A stretch of DNA of 64,000 nt from contig CM102287.1 of the NCBI GenBank assembly GCA_046563655.1, forward strand, positions 7,812,001 to 7,876,000. Direction: 5' to 3'. The position numbers and the translations under genes were made by a program. The notes under the pieces were generated by a model. The model searched no databases. It was not told the DNA's origin and saw only the letters and a list, made by a program, of their open reading frames with translations. This document shows positions 1 through 14,100 of this stretch, piece after piece (positions within the stretch are counted from its first letter, which is position 1; every line of letters begins with the position of its first letter). Source of the stretch: Yuukianura sp. NJ FZ-2021. Its lineage: Eukaryota.

Positions 1-3000
1 GTTTGAATGTAAATTTGATCGAGGAGGAATCGATCCGCAGCCACTAATCAACCAAGTTGAACAACAAACGAAGAAGAAGGGGTCCAAGGCAGCTCCAGTA
101 CCATCTCCCGGTTCCTCCAATTCCCAAGACTCATTTCCTGGTCCAAACTCAAGTAACAATACTGGCTCCATGGACAGTTTTCCAGGATATCCAAGTCCGT
201 ATGGAGGTGGACAACCGGACTACAACTCTGCAACGCCACCAGGAGCTCCGCCTCAGCAGCAACAGAGGCCACCGCCAGCACAGGGACCACCACAACCTCC
301 GCCAGGACAAACGAATCCACCACCTCATCCTGGTAAATTGAATGAAATTGAAAATTTAGTCTGTTCTTCTACTTGGCTGCCTTTGAATTGCTGCTTCGTA
401 GAAGACTGCGATGAACGACGACTTTTTTGAAAATGCATTTCCAACTTGCGGCTGAAAGGGATTTTAAACCTGAAAAGATTTGCACGATGTAGTTGCAGTT
501 TCAAAAAATCTTGTTCCTTCTTTAAATTTTTATTCTAGGAGCTTTAATTTTTGGTTTTTTGAAAGTTTTTGAGTTGGACTGTTTCATAGTAGGAGATTTT
601 TCCTAAGAGTTTCTTGTTTTTAAATTTTAACTTTTTGCTAATACAAATTTTGAAAATTTGTATAATTCTATACATCAGGTGAGGATAACAATGTGAGTGT
701 TTCAAATCCTTTCGATGACATTCCCGCGCCGTCGCTTGTACAGTCTGGATCACATCCGCCATCATACTTGTACCACCAGGGTATGTGCAACAGCCCAAAA
801 CAACTTCCGTCACTTAATCATTGTCGTTCGTCCCGTCATCGTCTCTTCGTGTCAACTTTCGCTGCCAAATCACTTTTACTTTAGTTTTTACTTGGGTGTC
901 AACTGCATGACCTTTTTAAAAAGAATACTAACGCTAGCAAGCATCGTGGCTTTGAACGTGTTTGTTAAGATTTTGTATTTGTGTTTGAGCACTGCTTTAA
1001 TTCTTTATTATCAAGCAGTAACCGGCAAAGATATGACTGATTGTTCTTTTGTTATGAATAGGCTATCAACCAGTTCCTGGGAATTATCCGCCGTATCCAC
1101 CTCCGCCTGGTAGTGATCATTATGGCAGAGGACCACCGCCACCAGGACATGATCAGTACGGACAGCAGTATCCTGGATATCCTCCTCCTGGGAGGCAAAT
1201 GTATCCGAGTTATCCTGGCAGTATGCCGGAACCTCCGCCAAACTCCCAGCCACCGTCTCAGCAACCGCCACCGACCGGTCCACCACCAGGAGCCGAAGAT
1301 TCACATCAACGATATGCCATGGGGCCACCACCAGCAGGAGGAAGTCCGCAAACGGGTGGGTATCCACCAAGAACACCAAATTACCCGCCAAGTTCTGTTC
1401 CACCGATGAACGGCTACTCTGACTACTATCAACAACACTCCAACGATCAGGTAACGTTTTGACATTCACGGTCGATTTTTCGACGTTTGAATTAGGATCT
1501 CTGAGCTTTTTAGTAGCAATTAGCAGGGATGTCGAAAATATTTAGTCTCCATGCCCGTGATGTTAACAAAAATATTGGAAGGGTTTTTTGTTACCAAATA
1601 TTTATTTATTTTACTAAATTATTTACTTATTTGCCCATTCGCTTAATGTTAAATGGGTAAATATTTGGGCGATATTTTCAGAAAATATTTTTTTGGTGAA
1701 TATTTCGGGGGTGTTGAGAATATATTTTTGACAACCCTGATAATTAGTCTTTGCACTTTCGTTTCTTTACTTTTCTAACATTTCTGATTTAGTTTGTGTT
1801 CGCGGATTCAGATGAGTCCTCTGATCTTTCTTCGCTTAAACCCTCTTTAACACACGTAACACAAAAATCTTTTAAGTTTGAGCTCCATTTTAAATTTGTG
1901 CAGTTCTGATTGGTGGAGGCGAATTTGTTTCGTTTTTTGGCAACTTTTTCTTATTTTGGTTTTTTGTTGTTCAATCTTGTTTTTAGAGAAACTCGTTGGG
2001 TTCTGTTGGCCCTGCGGAGCTCTTAGACTTACTGCTTTGTTCTAACTCTCCGCAAGTATGTTTCTACTTTTTTCTTTTGTTTCACTTTATTTTCATGATT
2101 TTTAGGTTAGTTACGGTTGATTTTTGCAAAATATTGACTGGATTAAGGAAATTGTTAACTGATTTGAGTTAGTTTTTGGAAATTCTGACCTGGTTTTACT
2201 TTTTATTTGCAGAGTTATCCTCCACTGGCTGGATCTCCACCGCAGGGTGCCCCGTCTCCAAGTGCTGGGAAGCACATGCCACCTCCGCATTCCAGTCATC
2301 CCAGGGGAATGAATTATCCACCACAATCAGGAGGGCAGAAGGACAGTCCGCATGCGCAAGGACAGCAGCAGCCTTACCAAAACTCATACCCGCCGCAGGG
2401 ACAACCTCAACAACATCATTCAAGGATACCGCAATACGGTCAGTTTTAGATGACTTATTAGATTTCTGTGAATTAACTGTGTCGTACTTTACTAACTGAC
2501 TAACTAACAAGTAACATTGGTGGATTGTTGGGTAGATCAAAATCAAGGACCAAGGCATGGGAATTACAACATGTATCCTCCACCTCCGGGACCTGGAGGA
2601 AGAGAGCCACAACCAAATAGATCGTCACCGTCGCCTTCCTCTAATATACCGGCTCCAGCGTCTCATAGCCAAACGGCTAAGCAGTGGATCCCACCCGAAG
2701 GACAAGGTTTCCCAAGCTTATTTTATTGTGCTAACCAAAACAAATTTAAAAATTTAACGCTTCGGAGGCTGTAACATGCTGTACATAGTCTGATTTTGTG
2801 TAAAAATTGTCTCTAATGTTGTTTCTTTTTATGTTTGAAGGTTGGCCGCCAAATGCAAGTAACCAGTATCCACCAAGGCCGTACTTACCGCCCGGTGGAA
2901 ATGTACCTCCTCACCAACAACAGCCTCACGGTCATCCAGGAAGTCCAGCTACAACACCAATTCCTCCTTCACAGTCACCCGTAACACAAGGAGGACCACA

Positions 3001-6000
3001 TCCAAACCAGTCACCTTCGCCACAACCTTGGCCAAACAGTGGACCTCCTCCAGGAGCCGTCCCACCAACGTCACGTCCAAATGCTGGTCAAATGGGAACT
3101 CCACCAACAGTACCTTGGGGCTCACATTCTGGTGGAACTGTAATGTCTCCGCAAGCTTCGGCACCTCCAGCCTCTTCTCCTCCTTGGACACAGCAGCAAC
3201 CCCATCCAAGGCTTCCGACGAGACCGCCGTTTCCACCATCAAGTGGAAAAGGATCTGAAATGTACAAGGCAGGATACCCGCAAATGCCACCAGCAGGGTC
3301 CACGTCTCCGCAGTCTCCTGGTCCCAAGGGCTCTCAACACAGTCAAATTACACCAATCAATCAGCTGAGCTCCATGTCTCCGCTACAGCCAACTCATCCT
3401 CCAAGTCCAGGCGTTTTCAATGCACCACAACCAGCTCAGTTTTCTCAGTTACCGATGGTACCTCCGCCAGTTCCGATTAAAAAGGAAATCGTTTTCCCGC
3501 CAGACGTTGTTGAAAGTATTCAGCCAGTAGTTTCAAGAAGAAGAAAGCTCCAAAAGGTAGCAATTGAATGTTGAGAACTTGAACATAATTTATTGTAAAT
3601 TGCAATTTGTACTTTGTGTCTTGTTATTACTTTGATGACAACGACTGACAGTAATAACCGGTTTTTTTTGACAATTTGCAGAGTGATGTTTCTCCGTTGG
3701 AGCCTTGGCGAATTATGATGAGTCTCAAGTCTGGATTGTTGGCAGAAACTACATGGGCCTTGGATGTACTCAATGTTCTACTTTATGATGACTTTTCCAT
3801 TACCTACTTCTCTCTCAACTATTTACCAGGACTACTAGACGTTATCCTAGAACATCTAAGAAGGTCACTGGTACTGATATTTGGCCAAAGCGTTGGAATT
3901 GATCTCGCTGGAGAGGTTAAGAGTGAAGAGTCAACGGAAAACAGCAAGGTAAGCTTATTCTTTACATGATTTAGATGAAATCGAGGTTGTAACATAATTT
4001 TTCTTTTGTGTATTTTAGGCTGACAGGAAGTGGTATGAATTGAGTTCAAAAAAGTCTGAAGACGAGGCAATTGACCTTGGTATGCCGTTGGAAAAGTTGA
4101 CTCCATCACCAAATGCGAGAACTGTTATTTTGACTGGTACAAACTATACATTGAAGACGCGTAACTCCAAACCCACAAAAGTTGTGTCTCGAGATGACGA
4201 TCTCTTTGTACTTCCGGGACCGCGTGACTGGGATGTTGACGAAAAGGCACGACTGTCCGGAGATGTAGAAACTGCAAACTCAAGTCTAATGGATGTTACG
4301 AAACATTTAGTAACCAACTTTACTTCTGATTTGAACATTGTCCCTATCATTCGCGTCCTGAGTGAGCCCGAAGAGAAGAAGGCCAGAACGGAAGAAGAGA
4401 GTGATGTAAAGACAGAAGAAGTTAAAGTTAAGGTTGAGCCAGTCGACTGTGATTCCTTCAAGGTAGTACCGTTGAACGGTATTCACAACGAAAACCACGG
4501 CTCCTCGGAACTCAAAAAGTCTATACCCCGAGTGCCACCGAAAAAAGTTCCATTTCCTGTGCCGAACGGTGTAGAAGACTCATCTAGTAACTCTTCCACA
4601 AGTCGAACGCCAATCTCCAACTTTGTTGTGAAAAAGAAGGAGAAGAGCCGGATTCATTCCAGTTCAGTTGAAATGGAAGTTGAGGAGAATACACTAATTG
4701 AACCACCTCCCTGCAGTCGATCCGAGAAAACAACTGCGGAGTTCCTGAGTGATAATGCGGTGATGATGAATGGACTGGAGAATAATGAGAGTTCGAATCA
4801 ATCCCTAACGAGTACGACCGAGAACTCTTCCTCTGACTTCTGTGATAGTAATACCACGAACAGCAAACAGTGTACGCCAATTCAAAGTGAGTCCCAAAAT
4901 CAGTCCAGTTCACAGCCACAAGAGTCCAGCAATTCAAATCCTTCAATTCAGTCTATAATTGTCAAAGAGGGAGTTGGAAAGAGGAAACGAATTGACGACT
5001 TTGAAGATGAATGTTTTACGAGAGATGAAGCCAGTTTGGGAGTTGTAACTGAAACGCATGATTCACTTGCCAGAAGATGCGTAGCCACTTTGAATATCCT
5101 GAGAAGTCTTACGTTCGTTCCTGGCAATGACATTGAGTTGGGAAAGAGTCAAACATTCCTTAGTCTTCTGGGAAAATTAATTCTGCTCCATCATGATCAT
5201 CCACTAAAAACTAATTCAAAATCAACTTCGACGAGAAGAAAACGAAACAAATTGGAAGATGAAGAAAGTGGCACTGGAGGTGGAGAGACGCTGTTGATGG
5301 GCGTGGGAGAAGATGAAGAAGGGCTTGATCCCTCAGAAGATGAGACTGATGAGAACATCATGGCCATTGCCACGGCAGCGGCAGCAGCAGCAGCTACAAT
5401 TGACTCTGAGTCATGTACAAGTCTTAACGTTGAGAACCATTGGTGGTGGGACTATTTACATCATATTCGAGAGCATGTACTTGTGATGCTGGCGAACATC
5501 TCAGGACAGTTGGATCTGAGTCAATATTCAGAAGAGATCTCGAGACCGATTCTGGACGGTTTACTACATTGGGCGGTCTGCCCTGCAGCGTATGGCCAAG
5601 ATCCATTCCCAACAGTGGGACAGCATGCGAGCTCCAGCCTTAGTCCGCGACGGCTTGCCGTAGAAGCCTTATGTAAATTGAGTGTGACACAGAGTAATGT
5701 GGATCTCTTGCTAGCTACACCGCCGTACTCCAGAATAGAGAGGCTTTGTCATCTACTAAGCAGAGGGCTTTGTCGAACAGAAGATCAAGTAGTGAGAGAA
5801 TTCTCAATCAATCTTCTGTCTTACCTGTCTGGTGCGGATGCAGGAGTGTCCAGGACAATCGCTCTTCAAAATCCTTGTATTTCGCTACTCATCGCGTTCA
5901 TTGAGCAGGTACTACTTTGTTGTTGTTAGCAATTGTTGACAAATGAAGGTAAATAAATCGTGAGTGAAGATTTTGATAAACTTTTGTTGTATACTTCCAG

Positions 6001-6420
6001 GCGGAGTCGAATGCTCGGAACATTGTAGAGAACCATGGATTTTCGGTGCTACGCGAGAATCCGGAATCAATGGGTACAAGTTTGGATATGCTGCGAAGAG
6101 CTGCGACGACGTTGCATAACTTGGCCAAACATCCTGACAACCGCCCGCTCTTTGTTCAGCATGAACCCCGTCTTTTACAGCTCGTCATGAGTCAAATCCT
6201 AGAACAGAAAGTGGCGGCAATCGTTGCTCAAGTATTATTTACTTTTTCAATGGCGGATGGTTCAGCACATTGGAAGAATCAGTCTCAAGACACTGCTGAC
6301 ATTTTTTATACGCCGTCGCTGAGTAGGAGTCGCCTTCCCGTAGCACCGCCAGTAACATACCATCAACCTCCGCAGCAGCCCCACATGGGCCACGCCCAAG
6401 GACCCACGTACCCTTATTGA
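1..6420 (+). CDS. osa: Trithorax group protein Osa / ARID1 (BAF250) SWI/SNF subunit, 5'-truncated by window edge
   Basis: Starts with the end of the ARID domain ([20 protein letters not shown]), then P/Q/G/Y-rich exons and the BAF250_C region ([66 protein letters not shown]). In-frame GT-AG exons: <1-332, 679-780, 1062-1450, 2213-2438, 2536-~2706 (weak donor), 2841-3556, 3682-3948, 4019-5908, 6001-6420. Confidence 0.96.
1524..1739. mobile_element. Non-autonomous hAT-like MITE in an osa intron
   Basis: Terminal inverted repeats CAGGGATGTCGAAAATAT / ATATTTTTGACAACCCTG match at 16/18. Flanking 8-mers GCAATTAG (1516-1523) and ATAATTAG (1740-1747) look like a degenerate 8-bp target-site duplication. 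The interior has additional inverted AT-rich segments and no ORF. Confidence 0.7.
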
Positions 6421-8155
6421 ATTTACGTTGATGGTGGCATGTTTATTTAAAAAGTAAGAAAAAAGCATGGTGATCTTTGTTAATTTAAATAAGATAAGAT
6501 TTAAATTATATTATAACTTATATAACTTAGGGTTTAGAGTTTGTGAGCCAAAACTATTCCTTATTATGTCATTTTTACCTAAATGATTTCAGTTTTCAAA
6601 GTTTCAGTGGTTTTCATAATGAAACTTTACCAAGGACGCTTAGAATTTCTGTTTTTTGTGTTATTTGAATGGAAACAGGAGAAAATGGGAAGGTTTCCTG
6701 CTCTCCTGTTGTACAAAACGTTTGTAGCGACTTACGAAAAAAAAAACTAAGTTTTAGGGACATTCTAAAGCGTAAAAAGTTCAGGGAAGGAGTCTATGCT
6801 AAAAGAATTATAGTTGGATTTTTAGAGTGTGGTGACCCCGTGATTTAAAATTCATGGACAAGATTTTTAGTAACAAGATGAATCGTATTCTGTACATTTT
6901 ATATATATAAGAGACTTTTAGTTTTAATTACAACTAATTCCTGTTGCTCTAATTTTTAGATTTTCCCCCCAGTCACACTCCCCGTAACTCCCATGTTATA
7001 AAAATTGAAACGAGGATAAGGAGCCGCTTTAAGGTTCAAACAAGCCTCTTGTTGTGCAGAATTATTGTCAAACTATGGCTAATTCTTAATTAATTATTCA
7101 ATTTTCTTGATATTTAATTATTGTTGTTAAGTATATTATTAATATAACACTTTTAAGTATAATTATTCTAAAAAGTATTTACATTTAGGATTTACAATTG
7201 ACTTTTACTATACTTAAATTAATTTAAAATCCAAACTGAATTGAGAACAAAATGTGAACCTCCTACCCAGGCGAGAGCTGAGGGGAGAATTAAAAAATAC
7301 CCAGAGTGAAAATAAAAAGAGTATTTACCTGAAATGATGGCGTTAGTTGGGATTTTGAATTAATTATTTTAATTATGATTAATTAAAATAATAAAAATGA
7401 TTCGTTGGTATGTATTTAACAAAATTCTGCGTGTTTTATACAGGTTCGTGCTGCAAGGGAGTGGAAAAGCCGCCCCCGGGAGACAAAAAGAAGGGATTTT
7501 CACTCATTTACAATTTCACGTAACACACTTTTATTTTATTTGATGTATTTGATTAAATTATATTATATTATTCGTTTACATAATATTATATTATGTATGT
7601 TATTACAACTAATTCTAAATCTATACTTTTAGGTTCTCGTTGCAGGGGAGACGCCGGGAGAGCTTTCACCGTGTGGAAGGAGATGACTTTGGAAGAAGAT
7701 GGACAGAGTTGATCTCATCTCTCTCCATGTCAGTCCTCCACAAACGCTCGTCTGTGGCGGACGAAGAAAAAGTGTTCAATCAAGTATAAAATCACAGTCA
7801 CTGCCATTGTCACTGTCACTTTTTAGAAAAAGGAATGGTTGTTTACTGTTTACAAAGTAGTACTAAATTAATTAACTAATCTAGTTTATTGACTTTGCAG
7901 TTCTACAGAAGCTGTGGACTTAACGGGTTCCGCCGAAAACACAAAATGTAGTGACAATATTACTTTCTTGACTTGAAGTTTCCTCTCTGCACCAGTTCCA
8001 GCGTCTTAAAGCTGCTAATGCACCAAGACTGTTTTGGACACGCGAAGATGCTGGAAAACGAAGAAGCAGATCTTAATCTGGAAATGATTCCACTTGACTC
8101 TTGACTTTGTGAGAAGTGTGAAGTGATTTATTAGAAGACGAGTGAGGTTGTGACG

Positions 8156-11100
8156 ATGTCCAAAGTGATCGTGACCATCCTCTCCGTTCTGTTGATTCTG
8201 TTGACTCTACTGTTTTTAACTTGGGCAGCTCTGTCCTTTACGTTCTATCAAATTCCGTCACCCGAAACGACTGCCAGTAGCAACGCACCAGCACGAGCGG
8301 CGGAAGAAGCAGAACGGGGTCAGTTTGAGCTTGTGTCACCGCCAGGTCATGTCAATGACCCCAACAAACCAATTCCATCCAACTTTCCTACTGGTAAGAC
8401 ATCAACTCGTAATTTACACATCATTTTCCAAACTACTTTTTCATTTTGTGCAAAAAAGTGTAAGATACGCAAAGTTTGGTTTCTGAGTAGTTACGCGAGG
8501 TGCTTTGAACCAAAAACGCCAAGCTTCATTAACTTTTTCTTCACTTTTTTTTCTCGCTCAGAATGTAATTGATGTGAAACCTGGTGGGTCACCATGTCAC
8601 ACCAGAAGGTCATGAGGGCACTGACAGACGAAGCGATTTAAGTGCTAATCACAAATTTTCAACTTTTCCATTAGGCCATGTAGGGATGCTTTCCTTCTCC
8701 TCCGAAATCCCTAAACAAATAGACGTCGCAGTTCTGTCTGTAATTACACCGTAGTCTGATCCCTCACACCCACATTCGTTTTTACTTAACGTTAGTTTTC
8801 CCTTGGGGTGAAGTACCGCCGTGGTACCCTAATCTTCAAATCCAGATCGACCCGTGTGCCCCACCCTAATGACCACTCTAAAAACAAGGCCAGACTCAAA
8901 ATACCACTTTCTGTTTGTTTAATAGTCAGCCCCACACACAGTTTGTCACTTCTTTTTTGGAAATTCGGATGTTTTTAGAGGTATTTTGGAGATATTCACA
9001 CGAATTTTTTTCATCTTGCGAGATTTTTGCGATTTTCGGGAGATACCCCAAGAATTTCGTTGATTTTGCGAAATTTTTCTGGTTTTCACTTTTAGGAAAT
9101 ACCTCCAGTAAATTATTTGCTTTTGAGAGATTTTTGTGAGTTTCAAGAGATATACATTCAGGAAATTTTTCGATTTTGCAAGATTTTTGTGATTTTCGAG
9201 AGATACCTTCCAGAAATTTTTGGATTTTGCGAGATTTTTGTGATTTTCATGGAGATACCCCAACAATTTTTCTTGAAGTTGCGAGATTCTTGCGATTTTG
9301 AGGAAGTTCGAAGTTTTTTTTTTTTCATGTTTGCGTTGAGTTTTTGAAAAACTTGGAAATTTTGGAGGTCAGCAGTTTTTGGCTGTCAGAGGTCAACGCC
9401 AAAGCATAGCTATTTATGATTTTGGTGGTGTAATTGTTTTTTATTTTTTTGCAAGTTCATTCATTCCAAATTTGGCAAAATGGGAGTAGTGAAGGGCTGT
9501 AGTAGAATTTTTAAAGTGGAGAACAATAGGAAAAATAGGATGATGGCATTATGGAAGCAAAGCGTTTTTTGGACACGAAGAAATAAACACGGACCAGTCG
9601 TACGCATCTTTTCACAGATCCAATTTACACAGGTCCTATGTATTTCCATTCTCCAAAATTTACATTTTTACACAGTTCACACTGCATGTATTATTAAATT
9701 TTAAGGCCTTTTGTTTAGCACAGATCGGCTGTTCTTTTTAGCACTAAAAAGTGCATCTGTGAGCCAAAAAAGTGCTTTGTCTGGAACTTTTATTTTGGCT
9801 TCAACTTAAAACTTCTTTGTTAGTGCAGTTTTTCAATGGTTTAATTCCCTTGAGATCTCTTATTTCAATTTCAAGTCCCATAGGTTAGGTTAAACTCAAA
9901 ACCTAACTTAATACGTTGGTGAGTAATGAGATTTTGAAATGGAAAGGAAAGTCCTGAGGTTGCATTCTAATCAGAACTCGTATAAGCTCATTTACAACTT
10001 GTAAAGTTCATTGTGTTGTGTAGACGGTTTGCAAAAACTAATTTGCGAATTTGTCAGGTCATAAAGAGTGACATGGTTTGTAAAGCGCCTTTTGTTTCAT
10101 GCTTTTCTGCTTTGCTAATTTGGCGCGTAAGATTCGCAGACAATGTTAAAGTTGGCAGACGAGGTTCATTACGGTAGATTTTACGTTGAGATTGAAAATT
10201 GAATTGGTGTGTTGGTGGTTTTTGGAAATTTAGAGCAGGCGGTTTTCCAATTTGGAAAGAAATGGCTTCTGAAGTATCAATTATGAAAAAATCATGATTT
10301 TTATGACCAAGGGAGTCCATGTTAAGAAAAACGCATAAAGACAAATAACGATGAATTGAAGTTAAGGGTGTAGTCTTTATATTTTTTGAGATCTTATGAG
10401 GATAAAGCACCCCCTTAAAAACACGTCCATTACAAGTTTAATTGAATTGTTCAAATGGACACTTCAAATTGATTCTAATTTATGACCAAATTATGAAAAT
10501 GGGAGAAACACAATGTGGTAAGATTAGAAAAAAATTGAAACTTTAAATCATGTTTTCATTAATGAACTAAAATGTTGTTCTTCACCTTCCTTGTTCTTGA
10601 GAGTCAAAAAATGTTTGAATTGGAGTGTCAATTAATTTGTGTTTTTTGCTGAAAAAAGTCTAAAGTGAAAAAAAGTGGCAAAGCGATTAATTTTGCAGAT
10701 GCTGACCAAAATTTCTGGTTTGAAATTGACAATTTCTGTTAAGAGGTTTTTTCAAAGTTTCAACTTTCAAAGTGAAATTGAATTTTTGAAGAAAATTGTA
10801 AATTCTGTGCACGTAGGACACACTGAAGGAAGTTACAAACGGACACTTGGAATGGATTTGACTTATGGATAGAGTATCCTCTGTATCTTGTTCCGCAGTT
10901 GACACTTTTATGACTTGAATGAAGCTGGAAATTAGCTTTTTTCTGGAAGTACTTCAGTACTTGTACAGTTTAGGAGTGTCCGCGTTCAAGTGGTCGGCCT
11001 TTCTCTACAGGGGAACTCACGAAATCACTTCCAGCTTCGTTTTTTATGAGCGGAGAACATGGAATTAGTCATAGACTGTTTTTTCATAAGTCTCGTTACG

Positions 11101-14100
11101 ACAGGATTCTGTAAAACTACTCGAAAAGCCAAAAATGCTGTTAAACTTTGACGTGATTTTGGAGAAAGTACTTTGTTAACTTCTCAGAAATTTTCATGTT
11201 TTAAGACAATCACCAAACATTCGTTGTTTCGAAATACAGCAAAAACAAAAGGAATTGCTGCATTCCCGCTTTTTCTGGCGGTCATGTCGAAATTTTTCTC
11301 CAATTTTTCGAATTTGGCACAGTTTGAATTTTTGGAATTCGGCGTTTATATATTTTGGAGTTCGAGAAAGAAATTCGAATTTTTGGAATTCAGGATCGGA
11401 AACTTTTTTATTGAATTTGAAATGGTTGGTGGAATTCGAAATGGACAAAAGTTGTGGTTTTACGGTAAAAGTTAAAGTGAAAGGTGACTCAAAGACTTTC
11501 ACTTCTGACGTGTCCTTGCAAAACTTTTATCTTTATGGTTCAATAACTTTTTCTTCCAAAAAGTAAAATTTTACTAGACTTTGGGCAGATAGGTGGTCGA
11601 ATTTGTGGTAAAAGTTCACGGGTTTGGAATTTCCAAAAAGTTGAACATTTCCAGAACCTTGTTAGGAAGATTTTGAAACAGTAGTTTTGTCATCTCCTTG
11701 TTCCATTTCAGAATCATTGTCATTTTGTGTTCTTTTGAAACGAAGACAAAAGGCTTCAGTTTTGGTTTCCCGTGGCGCCATGTGGTAACGAAGCGATCTT
11801 CTGATCTCGTCGTCGCCCTTACTCTCTTAACACCTCCTAAACAATAAAATTTATATTTTATTTTTATCTTTATTGTGTACTTTAACGTTAGTACGTGCCC
11901 TAGCTGTACGCTAAGGCCAAGAGACGCTTGAGTGAGCCCAAAATTGGCCTCGGTTTGGCTCAAAAACATTTAAAAACCATAGAATCAGTTTTCTCCTTGA
12001 CTTCCTGGCACAATTTTTTAGAACAAGGAAGCGTGACAAGATGCGTTGTTTCAATTGTTTCCAGTGTCACAGACGCACTGGAACCATTTGCTCAAAAGTG
12101 TAATTTGTTGGCTCGATGAGTTCATTTTTGCAAAACATTCGTCGAAAGATCTTTTCCAAAACATTTTTAGTGCAAAAAGCATTCCAAACAATTTGCTCAG
12201 AAGATTTTAAAAACATTTTGTGCAGAATACTACATATACCAAGCGTTTTTTTGCGAAAAGTGTTTTTTTTTCGTAAAATATGTTGAGGAAAACATTTTGA
12301 AGGAAAACAAAATAAACCTTGGTTTGAGATTTCGCGAAAAAATAACTGAAAGTGCATTTGAAATGAAATTCTCAGTTTTAGGATTTTTTTTTTCTATAAA
12401 AATAAAGCGATAGTCGATTTAGATGTTTTTCGCAATAAATTGAAATGGTTCGGCGAAACTTCTGATTTTATGGGACGGTTTGGCAAATTTTGAAATTTTT
12501 TTAGCACTTCGTTGGATCCTCCCATTTTCATTGGAGGAGAGAAAGATACACACTTCGATCTTTGCCAAAAACTATCAAGAATCGTTATAATTTTTGCACA
12601 TTTTTTCTCATTGCTAAAAATAAAGGTTTTGACAGCCCGTCTGTAAGAATTTTAGAACACTTCTGAATTTCCTAACCTTCGGTTCAGCGTACAATTCAGA
12701 ATTCGGTTCAAGTTTTTCATCGACGTCTGGATTAAAATTTTTGACAAAAAGCGAAAAAGAAAATAGTCTGACAATGTTAAGTAAATGTTGTCTGTCTCTG
12801 TCGCTGATGGCAAAAGTACGTTAACATTCCCGCCGTTTTCTTAACAAGTCTAAACTTAAAAAGCAGCGTCCGTACTTTTTGTTATTCTTTCTTCCGCTTC
12901 TGCTGCTTTCTAAAAAGCTAAAATTTTGCCAGGCGAAAGGTTTAAGCCACACACCGTGTAAAAGCTACCCGGGTAGTTTTCGGTGCAGACTTTGCACATA
13001 GTTTTTGTCTGCTTCTGGAGACATGTTGGGGCTTCTGCAATTTTTTTTCTAAAAATACTCGTAGTAGTATTATCCAAGAGAAACCGAATTCAGGAAACGA
13101 AGCGATGTTGTGCTTGTATAAGTTGAAGTATAAAAGTCGTTTTTCACTAGATTTTGACTTGTGCAAATAAATCCGGAGGTCCAGAGAAGAGCTTGAGTCG
13201 ATTGAAGTTGAAGTTTCTTAATGGCCTACTTCCAAAAATCTCTTAATCTTTTCAAAAAACTGTTCTTCACCAAGATTTTATCAGGCTAGAAACCTACAAA
13301 TTTCACATGCCTTAATTTCCTCCGTAGAGGTCAATGTTGAGCACTCCCGAAGGTCAAATCGTGTAGCACTTTTCATCAAGTGAACTTTTCCCGTGACGCT
13401 CTGATCTTATTTTAGATTTCTTGAATTTTTTTTTGGAAATTCACCTTCGCTTTTAGTGAGGTTATGAAAAAGCGAAAGAACTTTGAACAAATCCTTGAAA
13501 TCGTGCATTTCATGACTCGTTTCCTTGAATTTTGAACTTGGACAGGTGAATCCAGACAATTATGGTTATTAGGCCCATGAATTATGAACATGGAATTGGT
13601 CAAGAGACGAACAACTTATCCAGAAACGCTTGTTCCGACGTAACCTAACTACTTCGAGTTATTATTCAAAAGGAAATTGGGAAAGTGTCTTGTTTTGTGG
13701 CGGTGACCTTTGACCTCCCGTCGCCTTTACACCTTTAATCACTTGTAACCATCCACCATTGTACCTGTACGGCTATAATTAACTTCCAACTTCGATTCTT
13801 TTATGCGAGATATTCAGCTTCAGCAGCAGACGTCATTGAAGCCTCGTAACCTTAACAAACGCTTTACTGATGAAAGGAGGCGTCGAAAGTTTTTAAGTTG
13901 GCGTTTTGCTTTACATTTCAGAAGTTGGTTTTTCTTTAACGTGTAGTGAGTACCGTTGCATTTTTTTTGAATTTGCAAATTGAAAATCAGTGTTGGCAAT
14001 TATGAAGTAAGATGAATTATGAGCTGGAGGCATAAGTCAATATATCATAATTTCATCGACTCTCATTTGGACTGCGTTAGATTCAGTCCATCCTAGGAAG

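Noticed and set aside
8915..9347. Overlapping ORFs with [12 protein letters not shown] repeats; CRISPR-like periodicity
   Set aside because: These are translations of a degenerate minisatellite. There is no constant repeat/unique spacer pattern and the context is a eukaryotic intron.
9881..9912. TTAGG telomere-like hairpin; also TAACCTAACCTAA near 17224
   Set aside because: Only about 2 units each, too short to call interstitial telomere or a defined element.
9946..9958. GGAAAGTCCTGAG resembling RNase P/MRP CR-I
   Set aside because: The context is AT-rich and I found no convincing P4 partner or CR-V downstream.
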